From: Nitrospirota bacterium
GTDB taxonomy: Bacteria; Nitrospirota; Thermodesulfovibrionia; Thermodesulfovibrionales; Dissulfurispiraceae
Direction of reading: 5' to 3'
Assembly (NCBI GenBank): GCA_963790025.1
Contig: CAWBMP010000004.1
Coordinates: 1,056,001 to 1,120,000, forward strand
Length of the DNA: 64,000 nucleotides
A program made the position numbers and the translations under genes. This document shows positions 59,954-64,000 of this stretch, in pieces (the stretch's first letter is position 1; each line of letters begins with the position of its first letter). Below the pieces are notes generated by a model. That model made no database searches and was not told the origin of the DNA. It saw only the letters and a list, made by a program, of their open reading frames with translations.

Positions 59954-60231
59954 TATCTCCGGCCTTTTTTTGCGTCTTCCTCTTCAAAAAGCTTCCTATA
60001 CATGATTTCCCACTCCGGGCTCCCCTCGATGATCTTTTTTGTATAAGACTGAAGCTTCTTTGTCACTTCGGCGTCGATGTCCTCGCCGATTTTTAATTCG
60101 TTGATGATAGTACGTTTTATTTCCCTCCTCAGCAGGCTGTCATCTTCCTTTAAGATAATCAAGCCCTTTTCCATCAATCCTTTTAACAGCAAATGAGTCG
60201 TGAGGGTTATCTTATCGTCAGAGAGCATCAT
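59953..60231 (-). CDS. DUF507-family protein
   Basis: LSDDKI...ID.EV.KKLQSY.K.I.EGS.EW.IMY.KL.EEE. Confidence 0.8.
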   Translation of the reverse strand: MMLSDDKITLTTHLLLKGLMEKGLIILKEDDSLLRREIKRTIINELKIGEDIDAEVTKKLQSYTKKIIEGSPEWEIMYRKLFEEEDAKKGRR

Positions 60232-60509
60232 AGTACAATGTTCCTTTCCCTGACAAGCTTCTGTTTTGTCATATCAAAAAGTTTCCTGAAATCAAGTCTC
60301 CCTTTCTCTATTTCCGATTCGTACTTCTTCAACAGTTGCCGCACCTCTTCGTTCAGCCTGTCTTCAACCATCAGCTCATCAAGGAGAAGGAGTTCGGTTT
60401 CTTCTATAAGCCGCTCAACAGGAACAGCCGATTCAATGAGTCCCTTGTTAACAAGATTGTTGACAATCTGCTTTGCAATAAAAGGCACCCAACTCTTCGG
60501 TATGCGCAT
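60228..60509 (-). CDS. DUF507-family protein
   Basis: MRIPK.WV..IA..IV...EDRLNEEVR.LL.......D.RKLF...K.KL..ER. Confidence 0.8.
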   Translation of the reverse strand: MRIPKSWVPFIAKQIVNNLVNKGLIESAVPVERLIEETELLLLDELMVEDRLNEEVRQLLKKYESEIEKGRLDFRKLFDMTKQKLVRERNIVL

Positions 60510-60510
60510 A

Positions 60511-60735
60511 CTATTTTTCCATAAAAGGCAAGAGTGCAATATACCGTGCTCTCTTGATTGCGGTTGTCAACTCCCTCTGATGGGCCGCGCAGTTCCCTGT
60601 CATTTTCCTCGTCAGGATCTTACCGCGCTCGGTCATATAACTCCTCAGACCTTTTAAATCCTTATAGTCAATAAACGGTATCTTATCGGCGCAAAATCTG
60701 CAGAATTTCCTTTTCTGAAACCTCTTCTGTTGCAT
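60511..60735 (-). CDS. rpsR: 30S ribosomal protein S18
   Basis: CRFC, IDYKD, ERGKI..R..TGNC..HQR.L..AIKRAR.IALLP. Confidence 0.97.
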   Translation of the reverse strand: MQQKRFQKRKFCRFCADKIPFIDYKDLKGLRSYMTERGKILTRKMTGNCAAHQRELTTAIKRARYIALLPFMEK

Positions 60736-60753
60736 GTGATCTCCTTTCCTATT

Positions 60754-61164
60754 TTAAAACGGCTCTAAATCCGTAGTTTCATCAGGCGGTGTATCAGCAA
60801 TACCCGGTCCTTCGGCAGATCCTTCAGCACGAGACTGCCTCTGCTCGCGTTTTGGCAGAAATCTTACGTCCCTCGCTATGACTTCAAATTTGCTCTTCTG
60901 GACCCCTTCCGTCTCCCATTTCCGCTCCCGGAGCCTGCCTTCAATCAGTACAGGATTACCCTTACTCAGGTAGTGTCCGCAGCTCTCAGCCTGTTTGCCG
61001 AATACAACAGCATTGATAAAGAGCACCTCTTCTTTTGTATCATCACCTTGTTTATACTTGGAATTGACAGCGATCGAAATCGTCGCAACCGGGGTCCCGC
61101 CAGGTGTATACCGCACTTCAGGATCTCTCGTAAGATTCCCTATCAGAATGATACGGTTAAACAT
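60754..61164 (-). CDS. ssb: Single-stranded DNA-binding protein
   Basis: FNRIILIGNLTRDPEVRYT, LSKG..V.IEGRL, acidic tail DLEPF. Confidence 0.97.
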   Translation of the reverse strand: MFNRIILIGNLTRDPEVRYTPGGTPVATISIAVNSKYKQGDDTKEEVLFINAVVFGKQAESCGHYLSKGNPVLIEGRLRERKWETEGVQKSKFEVIARDVRFLPKREQRQSRAEGSAEGPGIADTPPDETTDLEPF

Positions 61165-61540
61165 GGGCGTCTGCTTTCACCTCAGCTGAGGCTTCAGGAT
61201 CTTGTTTTGTAGCAGTGACCTCCAGCACCTCTTTTGGAAGGGCAGCTATCTGTTTACTTTCAAGTCTGATAACCATAAATTTTAAAACAGGATCGAAAAC
61301 TTTAAAATAGCCTTCGAGTTTGGCAATAGTAGCGGAAGGGGCCTTGAACAGATAAAAGATATATACTCCCATCTTCTGTTTGTTGAGTGAATAGGCGAGT
61401 TTACGCCTCCCCCAGTTATCGGCTTTGTAAACCTCACCGTCCGAATTCTTTATCAGCTCCGAAATCTTGTCAACCGCGGATTTGATTTCTTCTTCGTTGA
61501 GTGACGGATTAAGGATGACCATGCTCTCGTACCAATTCAT
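61157..61540 (-). CDS. rpsF: 30S ribosomal protein S6
   Basis: YESMVILNP, WGRRKLAY; start moved to ATG 61540 after GGAGG. Confidence 0.96.
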   Translation of the reverse strand: MNWYESMVILNPSLNEEEIKSAVDKISELIKNSDGEVYKADNWGRRKLAYSLNKQKMGVYIFYLFKAPSATIAKLEGYFKVFDPVLKFMVIRLESKQIAALPKEVLEVTATKQDPEASAEVKADAHV

Positions 61541-61667
61541 GACACACCTCCATATGGATATAAAGCCCTCTCCTAAAAAAGGGCATGGAGGATACTCCAA
61601 TTTTTTACAGGCAAAAAATTTGGGGCACCCCAGGAACTGATTTTATATCATATTTAAGACTGAAAAA

Positions 61668-63068
61668 TCAAATAAGTTTATATGCTTTCATCTTCTTGTT
61701 AAGAGTGTTTCTATTGATACCTAGGATTTTTGCGGCCTTGACCTGGTTCCCATTTGTCTCCTGCAACACAATACTGAGGAGGGCCTTGTCGACTTCCGCA
61801 ATAATCGTCTCGTAGAGATTCGAATTGTCGACCCTTGTCATCTTCTTGAGGAAGCAGTTAATCTTACCCTCCAAAAATTCCCTTACGGAGCACGCACTAT
61901 AATTATTGGCAAAGAGGTCCTTTCTTTCGACAAGCCTTCCCAGTGAAAGAATCGATGCTCTTTTGACGCAATTTTCAAGCTCTGTCACATTGCCGGGCCA
62001 TTCATAGGAGGTAAGGGACTTTTCGGCATCACTTGAAAAATCTTTTGGGGGCAGTGCAAAGACCTTTATTGATTCCTTTAGAAAATGCCTCGCCAGAGGA
62101 AGGATATCTTCTTTTCTTTCCCTGAGCAGTGGCAGTTTTATCTCAATGACATTTAACCTTCTGTAAAGGTCATCACGAAATAAACCTTCCCTGACGCACT
62201 CCTTGAGGTCTTTGTTAGTGGCCCCGATAATCCTGACATCGCCCTTGATGACCTTATTGCTCCCGATCGGACTATACTGCTGTTCCTCCAAAAAACGCAG
62301 GAGTTTCGCCTGAACCTTAATGTCGAGTCCGGCGATCTGAGCGAGGAAAAGCGTACCTCCTTCGGCCGCACTGATCTTGCCTTCCTTTCTTTCGACTGCA
62401 CCGGGAAAGGCCCCCTTCTCCCACCCGAAAAGCTCCGCCTCCATGAGTTCTTTGGGAAAATAAGACGAATCAAGGGCAATAAAGGGCCCGAATTTTCTTC
62501 TGCTGCTTTTATGGATGGCCCTCGCGACAAGCTCCTTGCCTGTGCCAATTTCCCCGGAAATAAGCACTGTAACATCTTTGGGGGCAACTCTCGCTATTTC
62601 TCTGAATACTTTCAGAATACCGCGCGATTTTCCTATAATCTGGCCGACCCTTTGGAAAGGCATGGCATCTTCCTTGCTCTGCCTCAGCTTCAGGAGTTCC
62701 TCACGCATGGCTATATCCTTAAACGCCTTATCTACAACGATTTTCAATTCCTCAATGTCGAACGGCTTTTTCAGATAATCATAGGCGCCTTCCTTAATAG
62801 CATCTATAGCGCTTTCCATGTGTCCATTAGTAGTAACGATAATCACCAGGGTATCAGAACTGCAGACTTTTATCTCCTTGAACGCATCTATCCCCTTGCA
62901 GTCGGCAAGCATAAGGTCAACCAATATGAGCTTATATTTTCCGACATTCTTTATGCCTGCCCTGAAGCTTGTACTCGCCTCTACATCATAGCCGAGTGGT
63001 TCCAGCGCCTTTCGGATAACGCATACTGCACTCTCATCATCATCTAAAACCAGCAATCTTTTACTCAT
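61668..63068 (-). CDS. NtrC-like regulator (REC, AAA+, Fis HTH) with degenerate catalytic motifs
   Basis: GEIGTGKE, GAFPGA, LFLAQI, FRDDLYRRL, WPGNV.EL.N, GNQ.KAA.ILGINRNTL. Confidence 0.9.
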   Translation of the reverse strand: MSKRLLVLDDDESAVCVIRKALEPLGYDVEASTSFRAGIKNVGKYKLILVDLMLADCKGIDAFKEIKVCSSDTLVIIVTTNGHMESAIDAIKEGAYDYLKKPFDIEELKIVVDKAFKDIAMREELLKLRQSKEDAMPFQRVGQIIGKSRGILKVFREIARVAPKDVTVLISGEIGTGKELVARAIHKSSRRKFGPFIALDSSYFPKELMEAELFGWEKGAFPGAVERKEGKISAAEGGTLFLAQIAGLDIKVQAKLLRFLEEQQYSPIGSNKVIKGDVRIIGATNKDLKECVREGLFRDDLYRRLNVIEIKLPLLRERKEDILPLARHFLKESIKVFALPPKDFSSDAEKSLTSYEWPGNVTELENCVKRASILSLGRLVERKDLFANNYSACSVREFLEGKINCFLKKMTRVDNSNLYETIIAEVDKALLSIVLQETNGNQVKAAKILGINRNTLNKKMKAYKLI

Positions 63069-63175
63069 TTTCTCTCACTTATCATATTCAAGACGTAACC
63101 GCAGCCGACAGACGGGAAACCATGGAATTCCTCTTTATACAAAAAAAACATAAAGTCAGCCTTCCGTCATATGTG

Positions 63176-63829
63176 TTAAGTCCTCTGACTGTATAACTTA
63201 TTTTTTCTAATATACCGTTCCACCGATGCAGGTAAAAGGTATTTGACACTCATCTTCTGCCCTATGAGACACCGTATTCCGGTCGACGATATATCAAGCT
63301 GGGTAACCGGCACTAAAAATGCGCTCCTGCCGCCAACCAGAGAGTAGCACGCATTTGCACCCTCAGGGCCTTTATGGGACATTATAAACGGGGAGTCCGC
63401 AATTGCATCAAAGCCGAATCCCGGCCTCGCCACGATAATGAAGTCCGTAATACCAGCCAGCTTTTCAGGCTGACGCCATTTCGGCATATCTAAAAAAGCA
63501 TCGATGCCAAGAATAAAGAACAACTCATCTACGCGATGCTTTTTACGAAGCATTTGAAGAGTATCAACCGAATAAGACTTCCCACGCTTGCCGGCTTCCA
63601 GATCAGAGACAATGAAGTCTTTGTTGGAAGCAGTGGCAAGAACCACCATTGCATAGCGGTGCGACGCGGAAACAGTATCATGCTCCTTAAGAGGAGGGTT
63701 CCCGGATGGCACGAAAATCACTTTGTCAAGGCCCAGTTTATATCTGGCTTCCTCAGCAGTCCTCAAATGCCCGGAATGAATAGGATTGAATGTACCACCA
63801 AAGATCCCTAATCTCAAGTCAAACTCCAC
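63176..63829 (-). CDS. nadD: Nicotinate-nucleotide adenylyltransferase
   Basis: GIFGGTFNPIHSGH, SYSVDTL, FILG.DA, DISST.IR. Confidence 0.95.
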   Translation of the reverse strand: MEFDLRLGIFGGTFNPIHSGHLRTAEEARYKLGLDKVIFVPSGNPPLKEHDTVSASHRYAMVVLATASNKDFIVSDLEAGKRGKSYSVDTLQMLRKKHRVDELFFILGIDAFLDMPKWRQPEKLAGITDFIIVARPGFGFDAIADSPFIMSHKGPEGANACYSLVGGRSAFLVPVTQLDISSTGIRCLIGQKMSVKYLLPASVERYIRKNKLYSQRT

Positions 63830-63844
63830 ACCACTTGCTGCAGC

Positions 63845-64000
63845 TTATTGCCCCAGGCCCATCTTTTTCAGTGCCTCATCCCCCTGCCCTTTCATAGCCG
63901 GGGCATCTTCCGGCAAATACAACATAACGCCGCCTTTTACCGGCCTTATGACAATTTTGCCTTCCTGAGCGAGCTGATTGGTTGACTTAACAGGGTCTTC
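63845..64000 (-). CDS. Hypothetical protein, C-terminal part (5'-truncated by window edge)
   Basis: Manual translation EDPVKSTNQLAQEGKIVIRPVKGGVMLYLPEDAP...ALKKMGLGQ*. Confidence 0.55.
   Translation of the reverse strand, partial: EDPVKSTNQLAQEGKIVIRPVKGGVMLYLPEDAPAMKGQGDEALKKMGLGQ

Overview
Bacterial chromosomal window, most consistent with a Nitrospirota (Thermodesulfovibrionia-like) or deltaproteobacterial-type anaerobe; this is inferred from gene content only. Left edge: an APC/KimA-like transporter and a sensor kinase. From about 2.9 to 39.3 kb lies an accessory island, almost all on the minus strand. In transcription order it holds a regulatory head (divergent XRE regulator, ParB/StrR-like protein, sigma-region-2-like protein, NarL-type regulator, tandem OB-fold protein), then a reduced F-type conjugation (T4SS) module (RAQPRD, traA-L-E-K-B ... 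traV, an ATPase-less TraC-like protein, a short TraW-like protein, a second TraV-like lipoprotein). This module runs by overlapping stop/start codons into a type IV pilus cluster with two secretins, pilins, a Gly-rich secreted protein, a platform protein, an MshEN-type PilB and a PilT. I could not recognise a VirB4 ATPase domain, coupling protein, relaxase, TraG/N/U/H/F or integrase in the window. An ~11 kb c-di-GMP/chemosensory cargo (GGDEF, multi-PAS kinase, response regulator, GEMM-like riboswitch, MCP, HDOD, CheR-PilZ fusion) sits between traB and traV and is bounded on one side by an orphan IS21-type end. A higBA module separates the two secretins. Right part: an oxidative/nitrosative-stress cluster (fprA, rubrerythrin, octaheme HAO-like cytochrome, flavoprotein, CMD, radical SAM), an 11-subunit nuo operon with a MITE between nuoL and nuoM, a secreted caspase-like peptidase, trpC, an HNH gene missed by the ORF track, two DUF507 genes, rpsF-ssb-rpsR, an NtrC-like regulator with degenerate catalytic motifs, and nadD. 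All family calls come from motif recognition by eye, not from database searches.
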